Positions 39,343 through 47,806 of a DNA stretch of 54,812 bases are shown here, piece after piece (positions within the stretch are counted from its first letter, which is position 1; each line of letters starts with the position of its first letter). Made by a program: the position numbers and the translations under genes. The DNA is taken from the NCBI GenBank assembly GCA_963765125.1, contig CAVXUZ010000005.1, positions 427,441 to 482,252 on the forward strand. The letters run 5' to 3'. The notes below the pieces were generated by a model. That model searched no databases. It was not told where the DNA came from and saw only the letters and a program-made list of their open reading frames with translations. The stretch comes from an uncultured candidate division WWE3 bacterium (GTDB lineage: Bacteria; Patescibacteriota; WWE3; UBA101185; UBA10185).

Positions 39343-40452
39343 TTACGACCAAGGAGATCCCGATGAAAAACTGCTGTCTCCTGAGTCAAAAAACTTTGGT
39401 ATTATTTCCAACCATGGATTCGAACGGCTTTCTATTAGTTCTTCAACTACTGCTCGATAAAACCCAATTGTCACTGGTTGAAAACCTACTTGATAGAAAG
39501 TTATTCGCAACGGTCCCTCTTTTCTTGCTTTATCAAGAATATTCTTTGTTTCCTGATATGCAGTTTCATCGGTAACAGCAAGGGGTCTTGTTACTGACAC
39601 CATCTGATTTCGAAAGAGATATCGCGTAATCATATGGTCCATCTCCGGGTGTCGATCAGATATCTGCCCAATTGCAAGAGGTGCCTGGCTTCTTATGTGA
39701 TGTAGCTCTCTGTCAGAAAGTTTATTCAAACATAGAAGTGGAAACGGTCTTGCCTGAGAACCGTCTGAATAACCAATCGGTATTTCCACTGGACTTTTCC
39801 CTGGTCGCATATAAATAAATTGCCTAAGCGCTTTAGTTATTGCAACATGCGCAAATACACCTAAATTTACCGGTGACTTGTCGCCACTGTAAAAACGTGA
39901 TATCGCGCGACTTAACAAAGCTGTTGTGCCCTCGTCTCCGTCGCTAGTTTCGAGTAGCGTAGCTGATGGAGTTTCTCGAAATATTGGTTCTGTAGCTTCT
40001 ATTTTAGTATCTGAAAAGCTACAACCAAAAGTTGGATCGGTAATCTCAAACAGGGTCTTTTTACCTTTCTCAACACTCCTTAGAAGTGCCAACCTAAAGT
40101 CAAACTTCGTCAACTTGTCATTGTTTAACCCATTAATGATGTTCTGAAATGCTATTTGATATTTACTAGCATCCTCAGGGGTTATAAATAGTCCTGCAAG
40201 TTTTACTTTTGTCTGTTCGTTGTATTGAGAATTTTTTATACTATCTCTAACAACCTCTAAGTATGCGTTTAGCAGGCTATCTGTCGGCGCAAAATTTTCT
40301 GCAAGATATTCTTCTAAGCAGAGGCTTCTGATGTGAGACAACCCAACACTGTTTGCATTTCCTTCTTTAACTTGGTCAATCATGCTTTGTTTTAAAGAAA
40401 ACAAAAGATCATTTATGGTGGAATCTGGTTCTATAAGATACACCGCTGTCAT
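39343..40452 (-). CDS. Hypothetical protein, third gene of the nuclease operon (no recognisable domain)
   Basis: 369 aa. The ATG is 2 nt after the upstream stop, and its SD AAGGAGG is formed by the terminal Arg-Arg codons of the upstream gene. Confidence 0.75.
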   Translation of the reverse strand: MTAVYLIEPDSTINDLLFSLKQSMIDQVKEGNANSVGLSHIRSLCLEEYLAENFAPTDSLLNAYLEVVRDSIKNSQYNEQTKVKLAGLFITPEDASKYQIAFQNIINGLNNDKLTKFDFRLALLRSVEKGKKTLFEITDPTFGCSFSDTKIEATEPIFRETPSATLLETSDGDEGTTALLSRAISRFYSGDKSPVNLGVFAHVAITKALRQFIYMRPGKSPVEIPIGYSDGSQARPFPLLCLNKLSDRELHHIRSQAPLAIGQISDRHPEMDHMITRYLFRNQMVSVTRPLAVTDETAYQETKNILDKARKEGPLRITFYQVGFQPVTIGFYRAVVEELIESRSNPWLEIIPKFFDSGDSSFSSGSPWS

Positions 40453-40454
40453 AG

Positions 40455-41627
40455 TTACCTCCTTATTAGACGACTTCTCTCAAGCTTCTGCATAGCAGAG
40501 GCGTCGATGTTTTCTAAAATCTCAGGACTAACAATAACGTTAATTCCTAATTTTTTAGCGGTTTTCACGAAAACCCCCTGAAAACTTGGTTTGGTAAAGA
40601 AAAAATCTTGCGGATAAAGTACACCTAACCATACATTTTTCTGGTTTTTGTATGCGTCGGCCATTTCAGCTAGCTTTCTTATATCATCCCAACCAAAAAG
40701 CATGAGGTGCCCAGAACTTCTTGGTCTTACCATAATCACTAGCTCCTGACCTTTATCCAAAGTTACAACTTCGTCGTCAACAAGCCAGGGAACCTGGAGT
40801 GTTTCCAACAACTCGTACTTCTTTGCATAAAATCTTGGGTCAAAACTTGTCTTTACGAGATTATCAGCCGCTTCAATGTCAATTATTTCGCCTTTTTGGT
40901 TCGTAGTTTCTTTTTGAAGTAGCTTTCTTGTCAGCAATGAACCAAGTATTGGCCCACTAGCTTGAAACAAATCTGCCAAAAACAACTGCCTATTAAGCGG
41001 ATCAGCATCTCCAAACAAAACATCCTCCGGCCACCTAGCTCCTGTGAGAATCATTTCCATTTCTTCAGATGTCCATATCTGATTGTTCACCATAAAACAA
41101 ATTCGTTCGACTGTAATTCTTTCTGAATTGTTAAGGTGCACGGCAACATCCCTTGCGGAAGGTGAAAGATCTGTCAACTCAAAATAAAGTCTCTTTGCTT
41201 CAGTCGCACCTATCATCCCGCTGAGAGAATTTTGAAGTCTCATACCTGAATCGAGTGCCAATGATTGCAGGATAGAAGGGATCTCAACTTTCTTTGAACC
41301 AAAATCGTTAGTAAATTGAATATCCATCGTGCTCCCACTCATAAACGCATCGGAAAGGATAAACAAAATACCAATTTTTGTGCCAGAGTATTCATCAAAA
41401 ACAATTGGGTTATAAGATGCAAATAAATCTACATCTGTAGACCCTTTGAATGAGTTATACCTGGTAGCTACTATTGCTAAAACAATGTCGCGGACACAAA
41501 AACGATGTGGCCTCCAGTTTTGCTTTCGCGGTTCCTTATTTTTATATACGAAATCCGCTTCAAACCTAGTGGCATGTTCTGTAAAAGTGTCGATCGCAAC
41601 CAACGGGTCACTATTCTTGTCTTTCAT
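40455..41627 (-). CDS. Hypothetical protein, second gene of the nuclease operon (no recognisable domain)
   Basis: Start trimmed to MKDKNSDPL (ATG at 41627), 4 nt after AGGAGG. The longer track ORF (to 41684) would overlap the upstream gene and lacks an SD. Confidence 0.75.
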   Translation of the reverse strand: MKDKNSDPLVAIDTFTEHATRFEADFVYKNKEPRKQNWRPHRFCVRDIVLAIVATRYNSFKGSTDVDLFASYNPIVFDEYSGTKIGILFILSDAFMSGSTMDIQFTNDFGSKKVEIPSILQSLALDSGMRLQNSLSGMIGATEAKRLYFELTDLSPSARDVAVHLNNSERITVERICFMVNNQIWTSEEMEMILTGARWPEDVLFGDADPLNRQLFLADLFQASGPILGSLLTRKLLQKETTNQKGEIIDIEAADNLVKTSFDPRFYAKKYELLETLQVPWLVDDEVVTLDKGQELVIMVRPRSSGHLMLFGWDDIRKLAEMADAYKNQKNVWLGVLYPQDFFFTKPSFQGVFVKTAKKLGINVIVSPEILENIDASAMQKLERSRLIRR

Positions 41628-41643
41628 CGTGCCTCCTAAAATA

Positions 41644-42144
41644 TTACGGATTTTCTGTGTGTATAACCTGCCACCTTTCCCCAAACTTTTCGTAGACCTT
41701 GGTCACAAAAGTATCGGGATTGGTGTGTACAGCTAACGTTCGCACATTTTCTGCACCATTTATGTCTATTTCGTTTCCGATTCGAGCATTGTCAGGTGAG
41801 TACATTCCTGGGCTAGTTTGCATTAGTTCTGCCTTACGATCTAGCCAACTTGGGGAAAGCTGTTGACCAAACTTTGTTCCTTTTAAACGTAAGCGGTCAC
41901 CCTCAGTCATTTTTGATTCGATGACAACCAGTTTTCCTTCTCTATCGCGATAAACTGAATCAATACCCTTGTCAGGTTGGTCAAAAAATTCTCCAGTTAA
42001 CCCAAGTTTATTTACAAGAACATGAGCAGCAATTTGTTCGCCAATATCACCCTGGAGCTTGTTCCCATAGGGGTTTGCTTTGCTCGTACTGCGCATGTTT
42101 TTACCGTCTTTTGAAGCACCGTACTTATTGCAAGGCGTAGCCAT
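41644..42144 (-). CDS. Small PD-(D/E)xK (Mrr/restriction-endonuclease-like) nuclease-fold protein
   Basis: 166 aa with GDIGEQIAAHVL (helix Glu), GIDSVY (Asp) and VVIESK (ExK). SD AAAGGAG lies upstream. Confidence 0.65.
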   Translation of the reverse strand: MATPCNKYGASKDGKNMRSTSKANPYGNKLQGDIGEQIAAHVLVNKLGLTGEFFDQPDKGIDSVYRDREGKLVVIESKMTEGDRLRLKGTKFGQQLSPSWLDRKAELMQTSPGMYSPDNARIGNEIDINGAENVRTLAVHTNPDTFVTKVYEKFGERWQVIHTENP

Positions 42145-42223
42145 TGCAGTCTCCTTTCGTATTATTTGTGATTTGGATTAGTTTGAGCCTATAATACGCA
42201 TCGCTACAGAAAATGTAAAGTTC

Positions 42224-42232
42224 TGCTAGAAT
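42224..42232 (+). promoter_or_regulatory. Extended -10 element (TGCTAGAAT) placing the TSS at or near the ATG of 42239..42877
   Basis: TGCTAGAAT ends 6 nt before the ATG, with no SD between. This suggests a leaderless mRNA. Confidence 0.4.
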
Positions 42233-42238
42233 TGTTTT

Positions 42239-42877
42239 ATGTTTGAAATGCCACCATTTCACCATATTACGATTACACCTCCAAATATTGACCCCAATTC
42301 TGTGATGGATAAATTTCTAACCATCAATAACTCTGATTCAAAATTTATACCCTGCGTAAGTACAGAAAAAGCAAAAGAAAAACAAAAACTAATTTCAGAG
42401 AAAAATAAAACAAAAGGTATTGAAAAAATGACTCTTGATGAATTTGTTGAATACTATTGGGGGTTTAACGAGTTTAATAAAAAAACGGGTTACTATGGCT
42501 ATCTAGGTAATCTAAATGATCACTACGAAAATTATGTACTTGGTGAAGAGATTTTTATAAATCTTAAGTGCGAGAGAAAATCACAAGAAGTAAATAAAAA
42601 TATTGATTGGAATAAAATGCGCGAAGAGGCACACGAAAGAGCTGTCGATAATTCACTCACATACGATAAACCCGATAAAGAGGATTTTATAAAAATAAGA
42701 GAAGTTGTTCATCTACGACCTTATTCTTTTGTTGGCAAAGATGGGGTTTGGCACGAATTAGACCAAGAAGATGAAGACGTTAAACTAAGCCTCGAGCTGT
42801 ATCAAAAAGCTTGGGACGACGCGCTAAAAACAGCTGAGCCTGATGATATTTTTACACACTGGAGGACGATAGAGTAA
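42239..42877 (+). CDS. Hypothetical acidic protein
   Basis: 212 aa with no recognised motif. Divergent from the nuclease operon. Confidence 0.6.
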   Translation: MFEMPPFHHITITPPNIDPNSVMDKFLTINNSDSKFIPCVSTEKAKEKQKLISEKNKTKGIEKMTLDEFVEYYWGFNEFNKKTGYYGYLGNLNDHYENYVLGEEIFINLKCERKSQEVNKNIDWNKMREEAHERAVDNSLTYDKPDKEDFIKIREVVHLRPYSFVGKDGVWHELDQEDEDVKLSLELYQKAWDDALKTAEPDDIFTHWRTIE

Positions 42878-42879
42878 TC

Positions 42880-43404
42880 ATGGACAAACAAACACTTATA
42901 AACATGACCGACGAGCTATACAACATTTCAAAAAATGCCGGTATAGTTGATGATCTATCATACGATGAGGTCTTTCCAGAAGTTTATATTAATAATGTTG
43001 TAACTGAGTCAGCCACTATAAGTGGACTAGAAACATTACTTCTTCGCGAAAAAATAATCGACATCGCAGAAAAAAATGGGAGAGCTTTTTATCTCGACTG
43101 GCGATGGGATCCGAAAGATCTCGCGTGGAATATTAATAATGCAATTCCAAATTTAGGACTTGAGATTCTTGAAGAGGTACAAAATGATGACTCGATGTTT
43201 TTGAGAGTAAGTATTCTAGGTAGTGAAATTGAAGTAACAACTAACTCCCCCTATGACCTTGTCACTCTCATAAATGGGAAGCTAGAAAATGTTGAAATAC
43301 TCGCTGTTGATTCAGAGGGCGATTCATACATTTTTTTAATCGTAGATAGCAAGTACGCTACCGAAATTGCGAACTCAGAATTTTTTGGTACTACCAGACT
43401 TTAA
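42880..43404 (+). CDS. Hypothetical acidic protein (immunity-protein-like size and composition)
   Basis: 174 aa. Starts 2 nt after the upstream stop. Confidence 0.6.
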   Translation: MDKQTLINMTDELYNISKNAGIVDDLSYDEVFPEVYINNVVTESATISGLETLLLREKIIDIAEKNGRAFYLDWRWDPKDLAWNINNAIPNLGLEILEEVQNDDSMFLRVSILGSEIEVTTNSPYDLVTLINGKLENVEILAVDSEGDSYIFLIVDSKYATEIANSEFFGTTRL

Positions 43405-43407
43405 ATA

Positions 43408-44046
43408 TTACTCAGCACATCTCTCAAATGCTGGTAAATGCTTTTGTTCGGAAGCGTTCATAAGATTCTTAAATACCGCGGTAATATCTTCATAGTCACT
43501 TACTTCTGGTAATAATTCATCATTATATAACGCTGCGTTTTCTTCTTCTGCTGTAACTCCAGCGGTACAAGCTGCTGCTAATGTTTCAGGAGCGTTGATT
43601 GCACCAATGTAAGAATTTTCTGGAACGTCTAATCCATATTTATCAAAGAGTGATTTCAAAGAAGAAATGTGTTGTTCCTCAGCACGACTAATCATTATAA
43701 AAGGTCTTACGTTGCCTAATTTTTGCATTATGGCTTGGTAAGTTGCAAACGCTTTATATTCGTCATCGAGTGCACTTAACAACGCGTCTTTAGCATTACC
43801 TGAAAGTTCAGCAACAGGAAATTCGAGATCGTCCACAGCTAAACACCCGTCTGCCAAACAATTACCTTTGTTTTGACCCTGCATACCTACCGGTCCGTTA
43901 CCCATACCGCGTGCATCACCTAAAGGCTCTTTTCTCATTTGCTGTTGCGGTTGCATTTGAGACGCAGTTTTTGTTTTGTAGTAGACTGCCCCACCTGAAA
44001 TTGCTAGTAAAACTAAAATGGCTGATATTATTAATGTTTTATTCAT
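43408..44046 (-). CDS. DUF2202 ferritin-like domain protein, membrane-anchored
   Basis: Has LSALDDEYKAFATYQAIMQKLGNVRPFIMISRAEEQHISSLKSLF. Start trimmed to MNKTLIISAIL (signal anchor). Confidence 0.7.
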   Translation of the reverse strand: MNKTLIISAILVLLAISGGAVYYKTKTASQMQPQQQMRKEPLGDARGMGNGPVGMQGQNKGNCLADGCLAVDDLEFPVAELSGNAKDALLSALDDEYKAFATYQAIMQKLGNVRPFIMISRAEEQHISSLKSLFDKYGLDVPENSYIGAINAPETLAAACTAGVTAEEENAALYNDELLPEVSDYEDITAVFKNLMNASEQKHLPAFERCAE

Positions 44047-44165
44047 AAAGTCAGTATATACCCTTATTTCTGAGAGAATACTGAGCATTAAGAGATTTGT
44101 GGATTCTCTTTACTAGTAATATAATCTCAGCAACTAAATATCTTGAGTTGAAAAGGAGATAAGAA

Positions 44166-44414
44166 ATGGTTGACTCGTTAGTGGGCGCAATATTTAAGAT
44201 GTTTTTTGCATTAGCTATTGTCCTCTTGGAGCCTATTTTTATAACAAAGGGAAAAGCCAAATGGAAAGCAATACCAATTGCCATAATGTTGTATTTGACT
44301 TCTCCAATCTGGGGGTCTGCTTTATGGCTCGATTTGATGTTTAAAATGGGTCCTGGCGACCAGCTGCTCAAAGAGTTTGCTGACTTTATGTCTTATGACT
44401 TAGAGTACGATTAG
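44166..44414 (+). CDS. Small membrane protein
   Basis: 82 aa with SD AAAGGAG 7 nt upstream and two TM helices. A terminator-like hairpin follows at about 44450-44496. Confidence 0.6.
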   Translation: MVDSLVGAIFKMFFALAIVLLEPIFITKGKAKWKAIPIAIMLYLTSPIWGSALWLDLMFKMGPGDQLLKEFADFMSYDLEYD

Positions 44415-44546
44415 AAACCTAACAAAGGAGTAGCAAATGTTAGACTAATGGGCACACGAATTATTAAAAAACGTGCTGCCCATTTTTGTTTTTCGAATTA
44501 TTGACAATTACTTACTTTGTTAGACAATGTTATCTGTAATCCCGTT

Positions 44547-44978
44547 ATGCTATACATCAAAGTCAAAAAAACTAAAAATATGGGTTGGGGTGTTTACGCC
44601 GATAAAGATTTTTTTGTTGGTGATCAAATTGAAATTTGCCCGGCAGTTCCACTGACTGAAGAAGAATTAAAATCTGTTGAATCTACAAGATTAGAAAATT
44701 GGTTTTTTGAATGGCATAATTTTGAAGAATCAGCTCTTATCATGGGTTACGGTATGATTTATAACCACTCTTCGACTCCAAACGCCAAGTACGAATTTGA
44801 TTTTGAAAATGAATTTGTTACCGTCGTTTGTACTGCGCCCATTAAAAAAGGTCAACAAATATTTTTAAATTATAACCAAACCAGAACAACCGACGAACCT
44901 GTAAGCATGTTTCACCCCGTAACTAAAAAAACCGTTGTGTTTGTTGATGGAAAACTAAAACCCAATAATAAAAACTAA
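44547..44978 (+). CDS. SET-domain protein (putative protein lysine methyltransferase)
   Basis: Has GWGVYADKDFFVGDQI, NHSSTPN (the NHSxxPN motif) and QIFLNY. Start trimmed to the ATG at 44547; the track ORF starts at a TTG at 44517. Confidence 0.75.
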   Translation: MLYIKVKKTKNMGWGVYADKDFFVGDQIEICPAVPLTEEELKSVESTRLENWFFEWHNFEESALIMGYGMIYNHSSTPNAKYEFDFENEFVTVVCTAPIKKGQQIFLNYNQTRTTDEPVSMFHPVTKKTVVFVDGKLKPNNKN

Positions 44979-45046
44979 GCCGTCTGTTTGCTTTTACACT
45001 TTTTAGAAGCTAAAATGACGCAAATCACACAAAAGGAGAGGTGGAA

Positions 45047-45325
45047 ATGATAATCTATAATACGGAGCTCGCGTACAAGATAGCTGATGAAAAGGGTATA
45101 CCCATTGCCGGCACTAACTTTGTTGAACTGGACTCAAAACTCAAGCCTGGCGAAGTTGTAGTTGCTTTGTACTTTTTTTTGGGGGAACTGGATAATTTTG
45201 AGGGGGCAAGAATAATTTCAAGTGGTTACGATCTGAGTGACTACATGGCAAGATCTGACTACAGGCGCATGGGTTTCTTCGCAGTGAATATTGCGGATCT
45301 TTCAAGTGCAGGTTGTTTCCATTAA
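45047..45325 (+). CDS. Small hypothetical protein
   Basis: 92 aa from the ATG 8 nt after AAGGAG (the track gives a GTG at 45041). A hairpin plus T-run follows. Confidence 0.55.
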   Translation: MIIYNTELAYKIADEKGIPIAGTNFVELDSKLKPGEVVVALYFFLGELDNFEGARIISSGYDLSDYMARSDYRRMGFFAVNIADLSSAGCFH

Positions 45326-45400
45326 TTGTTTAAATCGTGTTTAGCCGTGAGATAGAATAAAATCTTCTTGCGGCTTTTTGTTTTTAACACAGAGACCCTA

Positions 45401-45760
45401 AAATAGAAAAACCCCCAGTTATATATTTCCTGAGGGTTATTAGCTAGACATATTATTTTCCCGATAGGAATAGTAAAATATTTGCCCACCGCGCAGAAAA
45501 ATGATCAGGTCTCAAGATATAAACTCCTATTCCACCGCATAATACACCGAGGAAGAGACTAGTCAAAACAGCAAACGCAGCCTTGGGTGAATATCTTATT
45601 TCGATAATCTCAAGTAAATCTAATAAGTATGCGAATACGCCAACACCAACAAGGGCTAAACCAAGATAGTATAGTATCTCTCCTAGAATATGCATCTCAC
45701 TCACTCCTTTCATTTTTGTGGTGATTATACAAGGAATATTATATTAAGTCTAACAATGGG
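45401..45760. repeat. Copy 1 of a ~355-bp duplicated cassette (promoter, small membrane ORF, terminator)
   Basis: A 41-nt block AAATAGAAAAACCCCCAGTTATATATTTCCTGAGGGTTATT is identical to 47807-47847. The promoter/SD block is near-identical (..CATCTCACTCACTCCTTTCATTTT..TTATACAAG.AATATTATATTAAGTCTAAC). The coding part has diverged. Confidence 0.8.
45453..45695 (-). CDS. Small two-to-three-TM membrane protein, paralog A
   Basis: Start at MHILGEILYY, 7 nt after AAAGGAG. Paralogous to 47859..48092. Confidence 0.6.
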   Translation of the reverse strand: MHILGEILYYLGLALVGVGVFAYLLDLLEIIEIRYSPKAAFAVLTSLFLGVLCGGIGVYILRPDHFSARWANILLFLSGK

Positions 45761-45845
45761 ACATAATAAATCCTTACGAGACTTATTTGAAATCAGATAA
45801 CCTTCTCAATGATGGTTGTGCAAGTCTTTTAATAAATTATTTGAG

Positions 45846-46766
45846 TTAGTAAGTTAAGTTAACTAGGTACACACCGAATGTTATTGCAATAATAGCAATT
45901 ATTCTTTGTATAAGAGTTCTTTTAGATATGTCTTCTTTTGAAATTTTTGGGAATAGTATTGTAAGAATTATTCCAAGTATAAAAACGAACAAAGGTTGTA
46001 GCCCGTTCATTATCCAAATTATAGTTACAGGAGTTAGCGTAGTTGCGAAGTTAAAAGAAATTTTTGCGATAATATTTAGCACTTCGTTTACTCCATTTAT
46101 TCCTAATACCTGTAATCTATTCACTTTTATAACTCGTAAAAATTCCGACCTAAAACTTTTGACAAACACAAGAAGAAATATTCCAAATAGACCAAAACCG
46201 ATGTATTCCCAAAAACTTGTCGTCCAAAAATCTGTTTCTAAAGTGAAATATTTAAAAAATATAAAATTTAGTGCGTAAAGAAAGCTTGATAACGCCATAA
46301 GAAAAAACACATCCCACTCCATATGTAATTTCTTAATCTCAGACAATTTAAGTGAGATGAACATAGCTGATATTATTATGATCAATCCCCCTATTATTTG
46401 ATTTTGTGTGAGAGTTTCTCCAAGAAAAATATACCCAAGTATAAATGAGATAACGGGAATCATTTGAAACAGCGGTATTGTCAATGAAGCATCATCTTTA
46501 TTAAGGGCGTAGAGATAAGGAATAGTCGCAAGAAGATATAATGTGCCGTTTGCTGTAATCAAAAGGTAACCAAGATTAAAGTTATGTAATACAGCTGGAT
46601 GAATAATTGCAATTATTGGAAGAAGGAGCATCGCAATGCTCGCAGAAAATATCATAACTGCACCAACAGCACCACCCTTGAAGAATCTTGTTAATAGATA
46701 TTTATCTATGTGGCTTGTAATACCCCAAAATATTGGCGGTAACAGCGCGATTAAAAACCAATCCAT
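45846..46766 (-). CDS. EamA/DMT-family transporter
   Basis: 306 aa, ten-TM drug/metabolite-transporter-like repeat architecture. Confidence 0.75.
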   Translation of the reverse strand: MDWFLIALLPPIFWGITSHIDKYLLTRFFKGGAVGAVMIFSASIAMLLLPIIAIIHPAVLHNFNLGYLLITANGTLYLLATIPYLYALNKDDASLTIPLFQMIPVISFILGYIFLGETLTQNQIIGGLIIIISAMFISLKLSEIKKLHMEWDVFFLMALSSFLYALNFIFFKYFTLETDFWTTSFWEYIGFGLFGIFLLVFVKSFRSEFLRVIKVNRLQVLGINGVNEVLNIIAKISFNFATTLTPVTIIWIMNGLQPLFVFILGIILTILFPKISKEDISKRTLIQRIIAIIAITFGVYLVNLTY

Positions 46767-46768
46767 AC

Positions 46769-47659
46769 TTATACTTTATCCTCTAATTTGTTCATACCAA
46801 TCACAGCAAGAGCGATTACCAATCCTCCGAGTAATTCTTTTGCGGCCGGAACCTCTTTATAAAAAAGAAAACCCAAAACTATTGCAAAAACACATTCAAG
46901 TGTTAAAAGGTTACTTGCTAGTACAGCGTCAACCTTCTGAAAACCATAGTTAGTAAGAAAAACGTTCGTAATGTTGAAAATACCTGCACCTACAACAGCG
47001 AACAAAAGCCCCCAGTGCCACCCAGTTGTGGGTAATCCATCTCCCTTTAGTATTGAAACAAGAAATACCACTATGAACGCTACGAGAAAATTTACAACAG
47101 TTAGTTCTTTATTGGTTAATGACTTAGATTGCCACTTTCTAGCGATGTAACTTAACGAGAAAAATGCGGTAGCAGTTAAAGCAAAAACCTCACCCTCACC
47201 CCAAGCAAACATATTGGAGTAATCTTTCACGGATATTAAAATTGCACCAACAAACGCAAGTAAAACGAGCAAGAGTTTCTTTAAACTAAATTTTTCATGA
47301 AGTAGGATAAATCCTAAAACGGCCGTCACTGGTAAAGAACCGATAAAAGACACATTACTATATTTTGTAAGAATGATTGCTTGAGTAAAAAGAATTATTC
47401 CAAACAGTGAATAAGATACTGCTCGGACAATAATTATTAACCATTCTTTTGCAGGTAGCTTTTTAAATTTTGAAATATCAATTTGTCTACGAAAAACAAA
47501 ATACCCCACTACAAGCGCTGCAAACATTCTTAGATAAACCTGTTGAAAAAGTAGAAAACCGGTTGAAAGATAACGAGCAAAAAGACCCATTGAAGCAAAG
47601 ACTAATGCTAACAAGATTAGTGCCAACACACCTTTTTGATGTTCGGTTTTGGATTTCAT
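46769..47659 (-). CDS. EamA/DMT-family transporter
   Basis: 296 aa, ten-TM. In tandem with the previous gene (2-nt gap). Confidence 0.75.
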   Translation of the reverse strand: MKSKTEHQKGVLALILLALVFASMGLFARYLSTGFLLFQQVYLRMFAALVVGYFVFRRQIDISKFKKLPAKEWLIIIVRAVSYSLFGIILFTQAIILTKYSNVSFIGSLPVTAVLGFILLHEKFSLKKLLLVLLAFVGAILISVKDYSNMFAWGEGEVFALTATAFFSLSYIARKWQSKSLTNKELTVVNFLVAFIVVFLVSILKGDGLPTTGWHWGLLFAVVGAGIFNITNVFLTNYGFQKVDAVLASNLLTLECVFAIVLGFLFYKEVPAAKELLGGLVIALAVIGMNKLEDKV

Positions 47660-47806
47660 AACATTTTTGTTCTTAATTTTTCTAACTTTTTCATAAAACC
47701 ATTGATTAAATTGTTACCAAGCAAACCAAAATAAACCGCCTTAATCATAAATAAATTATACATCGAGGGTACAGGATTTCTGGGTGAATTGTTTTGTACC
47801 ATCACC

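Noticed and set aside
44051-44371. 106-aa minus-strand ORF.
   Set aside because: It overlaps both the DUF2202 N-terminus region and the better-supported plus-strand 82-aa gene, which has an AAAGGAG SD and a terminator.
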